Assembly (NCBI GenBank): GCA_030599585.1
Contig: JAUVNS010000006.1
Span: 192,001 to 256,000 of the forward strand
Origin: Promethearchaeota archaeon
GTDB taxonomy: Archaea > Asgardarchaeota > Lokiarchaeia > Sigyniarchaeales > SOKP01
Reading direction: 5' to 3'
DNA: 64,000 bases
A program made the position numbers and the translations under genes. The notes under the pieces are model-generated. The model was given only the letters and a program-made list of their open reading frames with translations. It was not told where the DNA came from and ran no database searches. This document shows, in pieces, positions 37,479 to 47,945 of the stretch. Each line of letters begins with the position of its first letter. Within the stretch, counting starts at the first letter, position 1.

Positions 37479-37630
37479 CTAAGTTTACTTTTAATCGTCT
37501 AACGCTTTTTTAATTAATATTATAAAAAAAATTAGTTCGTCGTCGTACTATCCTATATCGTAATATTTAAACATTTTCATTTTTCAAATATGAAAATCTT
37601 TTTTTACATCTCCTCCTAATAAACTTTAAG

Positions 37631-38041
37631 ATGCCAAAAAATTTCCCTCTGAATCATAAAGGGTTCCATCCGTTTGGAGATTTAATTGGTTTAAAATTTA
37701 CTAAACTCGAAAAGGGATATTCCCAATGCACTTTAGACATTGTTGACAAATTGCTAAATCCTCACAAAGTAGTACATGGGGGAGTATTGTACTCAATGGC
37801 AGATACGGGGATGGGGGCAGCAGCGTATACCACTTTAGCTAAAAACGAACTTTGTGCAACAATTGAAATCAAAATTAATTACTTTAAAGCTACAAGGGCT
37901 GGTGTGCTTACTTGCAATACAAAAGTAATACATCAAGGCAAGAAAATTGTTGCAATGGATTCTGAAATTTTAAACGACGGTCAAATTGTAGCAAAAGCTA
38001 TGGGAACTTATTCTATATTTAAACCGAAAAATAATTCTTAA
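37631..38041 (+). CDS. PaaI-family hotdog thioesterase
   Basis: LLNPHKVVHGGVLYSMADTGMGAA, TIEIKINYF. Confidence 0.92.
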   Translation: MPKNFPLNHKGFHPFGDLIGLKFTKLEKGYSQCTLDIVDKLLNPHKVVHGGVLYSMADTGMGAAAYTTLAKNELCATIEIKINYFKATRAGVLTCNTKVIHQGKKIVAMDSEILNDGQIVAKAMGTYSIFKPKNNS

Positions 38042-38091
38042 ATCCTACTATTGGACAAAGGTTACATTAAATAAGTTTAATATTGATTATT

Positions 38092-39027
38092 CTATTGTTT
38101 CCTATTGAGAATTACGCCCAAGTTACGGGGGTATACGGATAAGTAGTAGCCTAAGCCGTGTTCTTCAACTTTATTTTTAGTTTCTTCAGGTAAGTTTTCT
38201 ACGGACATTCCTTTCAAGAGTAATCTTGTCTCTTCCTCGCTAAAAGATGGTCCAGGTTCGATCCAATTTATAACTTTCTCGTTTGCAGGGCACACTTTTT
38301 GACAATGAAGGCAACCAACTAAGCAATTATGCCAGGACGGATCAATCCAGTCCGGAAAAGGCACATCAACGGAATGTTCGTTATGAAAAGTTAAACACCG
38401 TTCGGCGCGTAAAAGAAACTCATCTTTAGGAATGGCTCCAGTAGGGCAACTACGGACACATGCAGAACACTCCTTGCAAAGATCCATCATTCGTAATTCT
38501 TGCCAATTGTCTTGTTCGTAAGGAAAATCGGAGTAAAACGTAAACAAACGATGAAAACTACCCATTCCTTGTATATATGTAATATTATTTCTACCGTATT
38601 CAGCTAATCCGACACGTACAGCTAAAGTTTTTTGAGGTAGACGAGCAAATTCTACGCTATAGCCGCTCGGATTTAACAAGTCACTTAAAAACGCCTTTGA
38701 TTCTTTGATTAACGCTCCACCATGTAAATAAGTTGGGGGTACTATCAGAGGTACTTCTTTATTTTTCCAGGTAAAAACGATTTTGTATTGGGGTTGTGGC
38801 ATTGCTATCATAAAAAGAGATTTTACCTCACCAAAATCCGTCTTAGGTTCAAATTCAAAATATTTTTCATACTCTTTGTAGAATGCTGGATCTAAAAGCT
38901 TCTCGTCGTTAAAAGTTTTAACTGCGATTTGTAAATCTGGGATGCGTTTAGCCGTAATGACTTTTCCTTTATATCCTTTTAATTCTAATATTTTGTAAAA
39001 TTTCTCAATAATCGTATTATCACTCAT
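38092..39027 (-). CDS. QueG / reductive-dehalogenase-like cobalamin-Fe-S protein
   Basis: LPQKTLAVRVGLAEYGRNNI...GSF; CKECSACVRSCPTGAI; RCLTFHNE; LVGCLHCQKVCPAN. Confidence 0.85.
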   Translation of the reverse strand: MSDNTIIEKFYKILELKGYKGKVITAKRIPDLQIAVKTFNDEKLLDPAFYKEYEKYFEFEPKTDFGEVKSLFMIAMPQPQYKIVFTWKNKEVPLIVPPTYLHGGALIKESKAFLSDLLNPSGYSVEFARLPQKTLAVRVGLAEYGRNNITYIQGMGSFHRLFTFYSDFPYEQDNWQELRMMDLCKECSACVRSCPTGAIPKDEFLLRAERCLTFHNEHSVDVPFPDWIDPSWHNCLVGCLHCQKVCPANEKVINWIEPGPSFSEEETRLLLKGMSVENLPEETKNKVEEHGLGYYLSVYPRNLGVILNRKQ

Positions 39028-39300
39028 CGTCGCTTAGGCTCTATGCAATATTAATTAAATAATACTCGACACTTAATAGTCTTATTTCATTTTTTATTGA
39101 TTTTAGTAATTAAAATATAATTAAAACAATCACTAGCAAATTTGATAGGTTTATTGGGATAATTGATCGTTTTACCACTAAATTTAGCTAAAATAAACAT
39201 TTTTGGTGGTAAAAAAGATAGTTTTATTAATAAATAGGGTAGAATGTTTAAATATTAGAATTATATTTAAAATCTTAATACATAAAAGGTGTTAAATTAA

Positions 39301-40026
39301 ATGGCTCTTCCGAATATCGATATATTAAATGGAATTACTGGTCTAGAAATTATTCTTAGTGGCTATATATTAGGCTTTATTCTTATTTTCAAGCATGCAC
39401 GAAAAGCACCAAACAAAAAAGTTAAAAAAAACTTAATATTAAGCGGAATTGGTTTGATCACACTTTTTCAAGCATGGTTTGGCGTTTCAGCAAGTTTTAC
39501 ATTAATGGTGTTAGGATTTGACGCTCTACCGGGCGTCCCAATAAATGTTCAGGTATTTTCATATGCATGGGGACCAACTATAGGAGTTCCCATTTGGGCG
39601 TATATCACATCGAGTTTATTCAAAAAAGGTCGCTACAAAATACCTATTACGGGAATATTCCTAATATTGAGCATTATTTTTGCGGTGTTCGTCTATTTTG
39701 TTCCTGGTTCTACTTCCTGGCATGCATCACCAAGTGGATTACCTGAAACAGGAATCAGAGGCGTAGCTTTGTATACGCTAGGGATTATGTTGATTATAAT
39801 GATGGTATTTCTAGGACCTATCGCTATTATATCGGGTTTAAAAATAGAGGACAAAAGCGCTAAATGGAAGAGATTCATGTTTGGTTTTGGGATAATAATG
39901 GGGTCCCTCTTTGGAATTGTCGATGCGGGAGTTTCAGGTCTTCCCTTAATTGGTTTAGCTATTGTCAAAGCAGGTATTTTTACATCAATTTTTCTAATAT
40001 ATGAAGGAATAGACAAAGGAACATAA
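39301..40026 (+). CDS. 7-TM membrane protein (putative sensor)
   Basis: Seven hydrophobic segments with short basic loops; first gene of a tight 3-gene run. Confidence 0.7.
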   Translation: MALPNIDILNGITGLEIILSGYILGFILIFKHARKAPNKKVKKNLILSGIGLITLFQAWFGVSASFTLMVLGFDALPGVPINVQVFSYAWGPTIGVPIWAYITSSLFKKGRYKIPITGIFLILSIIFAVFVYFVPGSTSWHASPSGLPETGIRGVALYTLGIMLIIMMVFLGPIAIISGLKIEDKSAKWKRFMFGFGIIMGSLFGIVDAGVSGLPLIGLAIVKAGIFTSIFLIYEGIDKGT

Positions 40027-40052
40027 TTTTAACAAATCAGAAATAAAAAGAG

Positions 40053-41789
40053 TTGAGTATAATGGGGATTGAGCAAAGATTAGGTAAAGATAAGTCGTTA
40101 AAAAAACGAATCATGACGACTATGGTCATTAGTATTTTAATACCGTTCATGATTTTAACCTTAGTATTAATATTAATGCTAATATCGAATATAGACGAAT
40201 TTATTGTGGATGGTCACAGTCAACTTGAAGTACTCAAACTACCGATAATCTTATCTTTCTCTCTTATTGCGGTAGGAGTTATTTTTATAGTACTTTTTGG
40301 AGTCATTAGAATCGCTAATAGAATTACATTACCTATTATTGATTTAACTCATTCATTAGAAAATATTACTGAAGGAGATCTGTCTCAAGAAATTATTATT
40401 GATGGCAGGATCAGAGGGAATGAGATTGGTTTGCTCGCCCAATCGTTTCAAAGTTTATTAGTAACAATGCGTTTGGGAAATAAAAGTTATTATCAAGGAG
40501 ATTTAACTGTCGCGTTCGCAAATTATAACGCAGCTTTAGATTTATTTAAATCAACAAAAGATCACCATGGGCAAGGAATGTGTTTGAATAACATTGGAAA
40601 TATCTATAGAAATTGGGGCGATTTAAAAGAAGCAATGGAATCTTACGATAAGGCTATTGAAATTGCTTTAGAACACGACGATATTTCTGGCTTAGGTCCT
40701 CGCTACAATAATAGAGGGCTTCTTTTCCTTTCAGAAGAAAACTGGACAAAAGCAATGAACGATTTTAACAAGGCTCTTGAGATGGATAAGGAAATGGGAG
40801 ATGAAGAAGGAATAGCCTCAAGAAAAAGAAACATAGGTATACTTCACATGCTTAAGAAAGAGTTAGATCTAGCTCAAGAGTTCCTAGATGAGGCAATTCA
40901 GTTAGATAGTAAATGGGAATATAATGTTGGATTAGCGGAAGATGAGTTTCAACTAGGAAGACTTGCTTTATTGAAGAACAATAATGAATTAGCGGAAGAG
41001 CATTTTAAAGATTCTTTAAAATTTGCTGAAGGTCTTGGAAACTATCCACTAATGAAAAATGTTCTTGAAATATTAGTAGATTTGTATGAAAATCAAGGAA
41101 ATACAACGCTCCATCATAAGGCGGAGAACGAGCTTTCAAAATTAACCACTGTACTCGTTCGAAAAAAAGACGTAATATTTGTAATAGATCAATCAGGAAG
41201 CATGCATGAATGGGGAAAAATGGGAGCCGCTCGAACAGGAGCTTTAGGAGTTTTTAACGAAACGATTAACATCGGGGATCGAATAGCTGTTATAGGATTC
41301 CATTCTAAAACATTAGTACATCTAAAATTGACTGAGAAGAAAGGAGCTTTTTCTGACATTACAGATATTTTTAACAATTTGAAAGCTCAACCATATAACA
41401 CTCGCTTATACGATTCTATAGCTCAAGCGATAGAAATGTTAATAGAAGCACCAAGAATTAGGGGTGAAGAATCTCAGGAACGCCTGAAATGGGTCGTTAC
41501 TTTAACAGATGGAGAAGATAACGAAAGTAAAAACTATAATCCAAAAAAAATATCAAAATTAATTCAAACTATCAAACCACCCCTGAATTTTATATTAATT
41601 GGAATTGGCCCCGAACTTAAAAAATATCATCGTAAGATGACTGATATGGTTAATGCCACTCCACGTGGAAAATATATCACCATTTATTCTGTTAAAAATG
41701 TTCAAAAACGAATAGAAAATGCTTTTAAAACAGTTAAGGAAATTATGGCATCATCTGAAATAGAAGGTTTCGTACCGGAGGAAGGATAA
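40053..41789 (+). CDS. 2TM-HAMP-TPR-VWA signalling protein
   Basis: Two TM helices; [14 protein letters not shown]...ITEGDL...[10 protein letters not shown]; ~5 TPRs ([12 protein letters not shown]...A...Y.KA); VWA with intact MIDAS DQSGS...T(RLYDSI)...LTDGEDN. Confidence 0.88.
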   Translation: MSIMGIEQRLGKDKSLKKRIMTTMVISILIPFMILTLVLILMLISNIDEFIVDGHSQLEVLKLPIILSFSLIAVGVIFIVLFGVIRIANRITLPIIDLTHSLENITEGDLSQEIIIDGRIRGNEIGLLAQSFQSLLVTMRLGNKSYYQGDLTVAFANYNAALDLFKSTKDHHGQGMCLNNIGNIYRNWGDLKEAMESYDKAIEIALEHDDISGLGPRYNNRGLLFLSEENWTKAMNDFNKALEMDKEMGDEEGIASRKRNIGILHMLKKELDLAQEFLDEAIQLDSKWEYNVGLAEDEFQLGRLALLKNNNELAEEHFKDSLKFAEGLGNYPLMKNVLEILVDLYENQGNTTLHHKAENELSKLTTVLVRKKDVIFVIDQSGSMHEWGKMGAARTGALGVFNETINIGDRIAVIGFHSKTLVHLKLTEKKGAFSDITDIFNNLKAQPYNTRLYDSIAQAIEMLIEAPRIRGEESQERLKWVVTLTDGEDNESKNYNPKKISKLIQTIKPPLNFILIGIGPELKKYHRKMTDMVNATPRGKYITIYSVKNVQKRIENAFKTVKEIMASSEIEGFVPEEG

Positions 41790-41791
41790 AA

Positions 41792-42244
41792 ATGTCAATA
41801 CAAAAACAACGCAAATTTGGAATCAGACAACAAATTCTTGTTAGTTTCGTTATTTTATGCATAATTGCTTTGGGGAGTATTGCTATAACTGCAGCAATAT
41901 TCAATAATATGATCGGCGATAATATAGTTGGTGCTACACTTGAAGAACAAGAGCAAATTGTTGAAAACTTACAGACACAGATGGCTATAATATTTGTTTC
42001 GCTATGGGAAATAATCGTAATAAGTCTTTTTATAGGCTTAAAATTATCTGATTCAGTAGTGAAACCAATACATAAGTTGACTAATATAGCACTAAAATTA
42101 TGCACTCACGATCTAAAAACAGTTTCTTTTGAAGAGATAGACACTGATTTTGATGAAGAGATAGAGGTGCAAAATACAGAAATAGGTAATTTAACAGAAG
42201 CTTTTAAAAAGTTAGTGAAAAAAGTTAAAGAGGATATGGAATAG
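41792..42244 (+). CDS. 2TM-HAMP-only protein (no output domain)
   Basis: FGIRQQIL + TM, second [12 protein letters not shown]...[14 protein letters not shown], then stop. Confidence 0.8.
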   Translation: MSIQKQRKFGIRQQILVSFVILCIIALGSIAITAAIFNNMIGDNIVGATLEEQEQIVENLQTQMAIIFVSLWEIIVISLFIGLKLSDSVVKPIHKLTNIALKLCTHDLKTVSFEEIDTDFDEEIEVQNTEIGNLTEAFKKLVKKVKEDME

Positions 42245-42407
42245 AGACTGTTCCTGCGATACGAGCAATTTTCCATTCTAATTACTCACCTATATAATTA
42301 GATAAAAGTTGTACAATTCCAACAAAACTCTCTAATATTTATTTAAGTGATTAAATCTACTAACATTATGGAATATTAAATTATAATTTATTTTATTGAG
42401 ATATTAA

Positions 42408-44237
42408 ATGTCAATCCAATTAATTAACGTTAAACCACTTTGGAATCGTCGTTTTAAAAGAGCAGTCTATTCTTGCATAATAGCAAATTTAATAGGAGAT
42501 CCTGAGCCTGAAGTAATAGGATGCTCGTTTAGTGCTGAAATGAAGGCGTTTGATTTAACCGGTAAGGAGGTATTCCTCACCGAATTCTCTTCGAACATAA
42601 CATGTTTCGACATCTCTTCGGTTAGTAAAGAGAAAACCATAGAATTAATATCAGGTTCGTTAGATGGAACAGTATATGTAATGGATATAAAAGGAAATCC
42701 CATTTGGGAAGCGGATTTAAAATCCCCTATTCTGTGTATGGAAACAGGTGATATTATAGCGGATTCTAGGAGTGAGGTTATAGTTGGGCTCGAAAATCAA
42801 CGATTAATTGGATTAGATAATGAAGGGAAGGAATTCCTTAAATATGTGGCAAAAGAAACAATACTAGATTGCACTATCGGTTACCTCTCAGATGATTTTT
42901 TAGGGAAAATTTTCGTACTGCTTAAATCGGGAAAGCTTGTTAATGTCGATAACAAAGGTAATTCAGTAGTTGTTTCACAACTTCAAAATAGCCCGACAAG
43001 CATCGATTTTTGTGAATTTTACGGACAACCTACTTTAATCATAGGTGATAGGGCTGGATCAATAAAAATCATTAATTCTGACTTAGAAATCATTGGTGAA
43101 TACAGCTTAGAAGATAAAATTACAAGTATTGACAACATTATCATGCTTTCAGAATATAACAAAGATGTTTTCTTGGTTGTAGCATCAAAAAACACCATTA
43201 CTCTTTTAAGTTTAAGGAAAGGAAATATAATAGAATCCAACAAGAAACTGGTTAAAATTGATGCACAAACACAACCGCCTTCTGTTGTCGAAACAGAACC
43301 TGTAACTGAACCAATAACTGAACAACCAACAAAAAAACAACCTGATCCAGATGTATCCTCTATAACTACCCCCATTGCATCAGATGAGGTGCCCCAAACC
43401 GTCCGTGTGCTTCGAGGAGGCCAAATTGAAGGAGGAGATTACATTTTTAAAGTCAAAGTAATTAACAATAAAATCTATAACATAACTGATGTTGATATTC
43501 ATATACTTTCCTACCCTGAAGAGAGTTTGGTTTTATCGCGCGTCGATGGACACCAAAAAAGTTCTACAGATAGAGCAAAATTCCATAAGATTTCTAAGGG
43601 GGGAGGTTTTGTTAGCCCATCTTTTGTTTTTAAACCAAAAAAGGACTGCTTAAAAGGAAAAATTCACGCAGTCATAAATTTCATTGACGAAGAAGATCGA
43701 ATCAAGACAATAAACGTTGAACCTCACGACATCCGAATTATTTGTGGATTACTGAGACCAAAAAAGGTAACTAGTGAAGAGTTTGACGAGCTTACCAGCG
43801 ATCTTCTTACTTTCAAAAAAGTTGGTCAAGACCTTACAATCTACTACAAACCCGAGCAACTTTACCAGAAATTATTTGTTTTATTAAAAAATAAAAACTT
43901 TGCAATTATTGATTCCGAACAACAAGATTCAAGTGGGGAATTCTTAGGAGTTATAAAAGGTTTTGCAGAAGGAACTTTTAAAAAAAATGCTGTAGGATTG
44001 AAATTATCCATAACAGGGACTACGGGTGAACAATTTTCGACATTAAAAGTAGAAGTTTTTGCAGAAGATAAAGATATGACTCCCTCTATCATCAATGAGT
44101 TTGAAAATGCCGTAAATCCTCAATCTTGTCCAGAATGTGAAGGAAATATACCCATTGATCTTATTAAGCAAATGATGACAGGTTCTATTGCATATTGTGA
44201 AGCTTGTGGCTCACAACTACACGAACTAAGTGAATAA
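42408..44237 (+). CDS. Beta-propeller + Pro/Thr linker + adaptin/COP-type ear (Ig sandwich) and platform domain + zinc ribbon
   Basis: FG-GAP/WD-like blades (ELISGSLDGTVYVMD, GDIIADSRSEVIVG, LIIGDRAGSIKII); linker 43261-43400; FKVKVIN...ITDV...HDIRIICGLLRPKKVTSEEF; C-terminal CPEC...CEACG. Confidence 0.65.
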   Translation: MSIQLINVKPLWNRRFKRAVYSCIIANLIGDPEPEVIGCSFSAEMKAFDLTGKEVFLTEFSSNITCFDISSVSKEKTIELISGSLDGTVYVMDIKGNPIWEADLKSPILCMETGDIIADSRSEVIVGLENQRLIGLDNEGKEFLKYVAKETILDCTIGYLSDDFLGKIFVLLKSGKLVNVDNKGNSVVVSQLQNSPTSIDFCEFYGQPTLIIGDRAGSIKIINSDLEIIGEYSLEDKITSIDNIIMLSEYNKDVFLVVASKNTITLLSLRKGNIIESNKKLVKIDAQTQPPSVVETEPVTEPITEQPTKKQPDPDVSSITTPIASDEVPQTVRVLRGGQIEGGDYIFKVKVINNKIYNITDVDIHILSYPEESLVLSRVDGHQKSSTDRAKFHKISKGGGFVSPSFVFKPKKDCLKGKIHAVINFIDEEDRIKTINVEPHDIRIICGLLRPKKVTSEEFDELTSDLLTFKKVGQDLTIYYKPEQLYQKLFVLLKNKNFAIIDSEQQDSSGEFLGVIKGFAEGTFKKNAVGLKLSITGTTGEQFSTLKVEVFAEDKDMTPSIINEFENAVNPQSCPECEGNIPIDLIKQMMTGSIAYCEACGSQLHELSE

Positions 44238-44276
44238 TAAAAAAAATTAATTGAAAGAATTCTTTGTTTTTGGTTT

Positions 44277-45131
44277 TTAAAGGTTAGTCATCTCTAAACT
44301 GATTTCCCACAATCGTTTAGCATATTCTTCGTTATATGATTCTTTAGAAGAAGGTTTTGTTTTCTTTTTAGTGAAATATTTTCCTGTAATTCCCTCTACT
44401 TCTGGTGAAGTGGCTAAGAAAATTGAAGTTTCAGCACCAATTTCAGGGCTTTTAAAGAATTTTTTTGCGAAACCCTTACTGGTTGATGACCGATCTCGAC
44501 CCAAATTAGTATTAATAAGCCCGGGGTGGACAACATTTACGGTTACATTAGAACCTTCTAATTTTCTGCTGAGCTCATAAGATACAAGAGTCATTGCTAA
44601 TTTTGAACTTCCGTACAACCCCATAAACCGTCCTTTCTTGTTTTCTCTTTGTAAATCCTCAAAATCTATCTTCCCCATTCTATGTGCCGCTGAACCTACA
44701 TTAATGATGCGACTTGGTGCTGATTTTTTTAATACACCAAGTAGTAAATTAGTCAGTAAAAAAGGTGCAAGGTGGTTAACGGCAAAATTCATCTCAAAAC
44801 CATCTACAGAATAAACTTTTTTTGATAACATAACTCCAGCGTTATTTATCAGAACATGAAGTTTATCATATTTGCTCCTGAATTCATTTACAAAATTGCG
44901 AATTTCTTTTTGGGAGGATAAATCACACAAAAATAAATCTATATTCTCGTTGCCAGTGATTTCGATTATCTCATTTTGTGCTGATTCACCGCGTTCTTTA
45001 TTGCGACATAACATTACTATTGTGGCGTTCATCTTTGCTAACTCAATAGCGGTAGCTTTGCCAATGCCGGAGTTCGCACCGGTTATTATACATATTTTAT
45101 TTTGCATACTCTTGATTGAAATTAAATACAT
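44277..45131 (-). CDS. Short-chain dehydrogenase/reductase (retinol dehydrogenase / WWOX-like)
   Basis: TGANSGIG, LINNAGV, VNHLAPFLLT, YGSSK, VHPG. Confidence 0.95.
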   Translation of the reverse strand: MYLISIKSMQNKICIITGANSGIGKATAIELAKMNATIVMLCRNKERGESAQNEIIEITGNENIDLFLCDLSSQKEIRNFVNEFRSKYDKLHVLINNAGVMLSKKVYSVDGFEMNFAVNHLAPFLLTNLLLGVLKKSAPSRIINVGSAAHRMGKIDFEDLQRENKKGRFMGLYGSSKLAMTLVSYELSRKLEGSNVTVNVVHPGLINTNLGRDRSSTSKGFAKKFFKSPEIGAETSIFLATSPEVEGITGKYFTKKKTKPSSKESYNEEYAKRLWEISLEMTNL

Positions 45132-45242
45132 TTCAATTTTCTTATTATTTCTTATATAGTAAAAATAAAGTTTAGAAATCCTTAAAATTCATATGGTTAT
45201 GTAATATTCCCCATTTAAGTGTATAATTTAAGGTAAAAAATC

Positions 45243-46646
45243 ATGAACATAATAGAAGAACCTTCAAGAAAAACACCTATTATGGCTGAAACCGATGTTA
45301 TAATCGTTGGAGGAGGTCCAGCTGGGCTTTCAGCTTCTATCGCTGCTGCGAGAGAAGGAGCAAACACGATACTTGTTGAACGCTACGGCTGTTTTGGAGG
45401 AGTTATAACACAAACGATGGTTGGAACTATTGCTTGGTATCGATACGCAAAAACTGTTGATGCAGGTGGAATTGGGTTAGAATTCGAAACATTAGCGAAA
45501 GACACGAATGGAAGCATTAATGTATTCGGAAACATAAAGAATAAAGAAATGATTAAAACCATAGAACAGGAGGGGTTGATGGTTAATGGAGTTCCAACAT
45601 ATGAAATCTTAGATACTGAAATGTTTAAATATATAGCAGACAAGCTCGTACAAGATGCAAACATAACACCTATACTCCATTGCTCTGCTGTTGATGCGAT
45701 AATGGAAGATCAAACAATTAAAGGAATTATCACGGAAAGTAAATCGGGGAGACAAGCGATTTTAGCAAAGCGAGTAATAGATGCCACGGGAGATGCCGAT
45801 ATTGCGTATCATTCAGGAGTGCCTTTTCGTAAAAGCCCAAAGAACGAATTAATGGAAGTAACGGTTAATTATGGTTGTAGTGGAATAAATATTGGCAAAT
45901 TTCTTATGTATGTATATTTAAATCCTGGTAGTATAGGAGACTGGGGTGATACTTCTGGAAAGGAAGACAGTTCTTTTAGCACATATTTGGTAGAACCATT
46001 TAACAAGGCCAAAGAAGCTGGTGAGATACCAAAAGATGTTGATATAGAAAGTTTTTGGACCAATTATACAGATGCGGGAGAAATTACATCTTTCAATGGG
46101 ATTCACATGACAGATATAGACCCTACAGATGTATGGGACCTCACGAAAGCAGAAATAGAAGGTAGAAAGCGAGTTATGTGGGCAGTTGAAGCATTAAAGA
46201 AGTATACTCCCGGTTTTAAAAAAGCAAGACTAAGAACGATCGGAGCATCTTTGGGTACCAGAGAATCGAGAAAAATTATAGGTGAATATGAGATCACCGA
46301 AAACGATGTAAGAAATGAGGGGCGTTTCGATGATTCCATTGGGATATGCCCTGAGTTCATAGACGGTTATGGCATAGCGATCATGCCTACATCAGGCCGA
46401 TATTTTCAAGTTCCATATGGGATTATCGTTCCTCAGAAGGTAGAAAACCTACTCGTAGTTGGTCGTTGTGTGGCAGGTGATAAAATATCTCACGCAGCTA
46501 CCCGACAGATGTGTTGTTGTACAGTTACCGGTCAAGGAGCAGGAGTTGCTGCCGCTATTTCGTACAAAGACAATGTATCTTGTCGAGACGTTAGTATTTC
46601 TAAGGTTCAAACAAGTCTTAAGAAACAAGGAGTTAGAATTGAATAA
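45243..46646 (+). CDS. FAD-dependent oxidoreductase (FAD_oxidored family)
   Basis: DVIIVGGGPAG, VIDATGDAD, GTRESRKI.G.Y, YFQVPYGIIVP..VENLLVVGRC. Confidence 0.9.
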   Translation: MNIIEEPSRKTPIMAETDVIIVGGGPAGLSASIAAAREGANTILVERYGCFGGVITQTMVGTIAWYRYAKTVDAGGIGLEFETLAKDTNGSINVFGNIKNKEMIKTIEQEGLMVNGVPTYEILDTEMFKYIADKLVQDANITPILHCSAVDAIMEDQTIKGIITESKSGRQAILAKRVIDATGDADIAYHSGVPFRKSPKNELMEVTVNYGCSGINIGKFLMYVYLNPGSIGDWGDTSGKEDSSFSTYLVEPFNKAKEAGEIPKDVDIESFWTNYTDAGEITSFNGIHMTDIDPTDVWDLTKAEIEGRKRVMWAVEALKKYTPGFKKARLRTIGASLGTRESRKIIGEYEITENDVRNEGRFDDSIGICPEFIDGYGIAIMPTSGRYFQVPYGIIVPQKVENLLVVGRCVAGDKISHAATRQMCCCTVTGQGAGVAAAISYKDNVSCRDVSISKVQTSLKKQGVRIE

Positions 46647-46767
46647 GTTTTTATTTTAATTTCTATAGATTTAGATTTCACGATATTCTCTTAGAGCAAA
46701 CTAAAACTATTTAAAATCATATTTTTATACAATGAATATCTTAATATAATTATCTTATTTTACATAA

Positions 46768-47637
46768 TTGTCAAAGAAGTTGACGATCTATAATTTTTCG
46801 GTTATTACGAGTGATGGTTTTCCTTATTATACCTTGGATGTGAAGGAAGCTCCAAACAACACAAAATTAAATTTGCGATTTTTTGATTTTTCGAAAGAAG
46901 AACTAAATCATCAATCTGATTTTGAAGTATCTAATTCTTTTGAATTAAATGCCGGATTAGTTTCAGCATTATTTAAATTCGCACGAGCGATGTCTAAGAA
47001 CATTCATATACTTGAATTTAATTCTGACGAATCACTATACTTTGAAAAAGATAAAACTCAATTTTTAGGAGATGTTTTAATCACATGTCAAACAGAGTCG
47101 TATCTATTTCATAAATCAGTTTACGCAAAAATTAAGTTGATTTACGATTCGCTCATTACGTATAAAATTCCTTTAGAATCTGCTATCGAGATATTACCCG
47201 TTCAAGAGGAAAAAATCTACAATATTTTAACCGATTTTGAAGCAAAAGCCCGGGTTAGTGAACATAAGACTCAATTAAAACGATTAGGAAACGATTTTCT
47301 AAAAGAGATGAAAAATTACGGCTTAAGGGATGTTTGTATTACGTCGTTCGATCTTTCTCCCATAATGATTCTCGGAAAAAAATACACCTCTGACGATATC
47401 CACGAAATTTTAAGAAATATTGGAAACGTTCCAGAAATTCCACCATTAAATTGGGTGTATCGCCAATCAACTCACGCTGGCGAGCAAATATGGGTTTACA
47501 TCTATAAATCGGATGTTGGACCAACTATTGAAGGCTTATTTGAACCCTATCTTTATTTACTTTTTTGCGATCTTAACTCCTACCTTGGAGAAATACCAGA
47601 AGTTCTTGGAAATAAAATTAATAGGATTTTAAGCTAG
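46768..47637 (+). CDS. Longin-like domain protein with a second alpha/beta (profilin/roadblock-like) domain
   Basis: IYNFSVITSDGFPYY and LNAGLVSALFKFARAM...IHILEF resemble Asgard longin beta1-beta2/alpha1; a second module starts at LRDVCITSFDLSPI. Confidence 0.5.
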   Translation: MSKKLTIYNFSVITSDGFPYYTLDVKEAPNNTKLNLRFFDFSKEELNHQSDFEVSNSFELNAGLVSALFKFARAMSKNIHILEFNSDESLYFEKDKTQFLGDVLITCQTESYLFHKSVYAKIKLIYDSLITYKIPLESAIEILPVQEEKIYNILTDFEAKARVSEHKTQLKRLGNDFLKEMKNYGLRDVCITSFDLSPIMILGKKYTSDDIHEILRNIGNVPEIPPLNWVYRQSTHAGEQIWVYIYKSDVGPTIEGLFEPYLYLLFCDLNSYLGEIPEVLGNKINRILS

Positions 47638-47705
47638 GCAACAATATCTATAAATGAAGCAAATAAAGAATTTAACCTACATTTTCTGATAGGTTCTTTA
47701 AAAAC

Positions 47706-47945
47706 TTAGAAGATATGACAGATTCCAATTTCTCCGTTATTTAAGTAGCTTTCAAAATTACCGTTTAGCTGTGACTTAAATTCCCTATCACTCTGAGCAA
47801 TGATTTTGCTAAAGGGAGTGTTTTGAATATTTCCTTGCTTATCGTAAATTAAGAATTGATACGAAAATGTAGGGATTGACTCGTATAAATGTGGTACCTT
47901 TATCATGGTGTGAATTCTGTATCCATTGATCTTGAGATCTTCCAT
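47706..47945 (-). CDS. Small hypothetical protein, paralog A
   Basis: MEDLKINGYRIH..IKVP.LYE...FSYQFLIY.K...IQN.PFS.I...F.SYLN.G; closely similar to 48355-48627. Confidence 0.75.
   Translation of the reverse strand: MEDLKINGYRIHTMIKVPHLYESIPTFSYQFLIYDKQGNIQNTPFSKIIAQSDREFKSQLNGNFESYLNNGEIGICHIF

Noticed and set aside
39301-40026. 7TM protein as a rhodopsin
   Set aside because: Helix 7 has a Lys (AIVKAG), but the DxxxK/SxxxK context and helix-3 RYxxW-type motif of microbial rhodopsins and heliorhodopsins are absent. Not supportable by eye.
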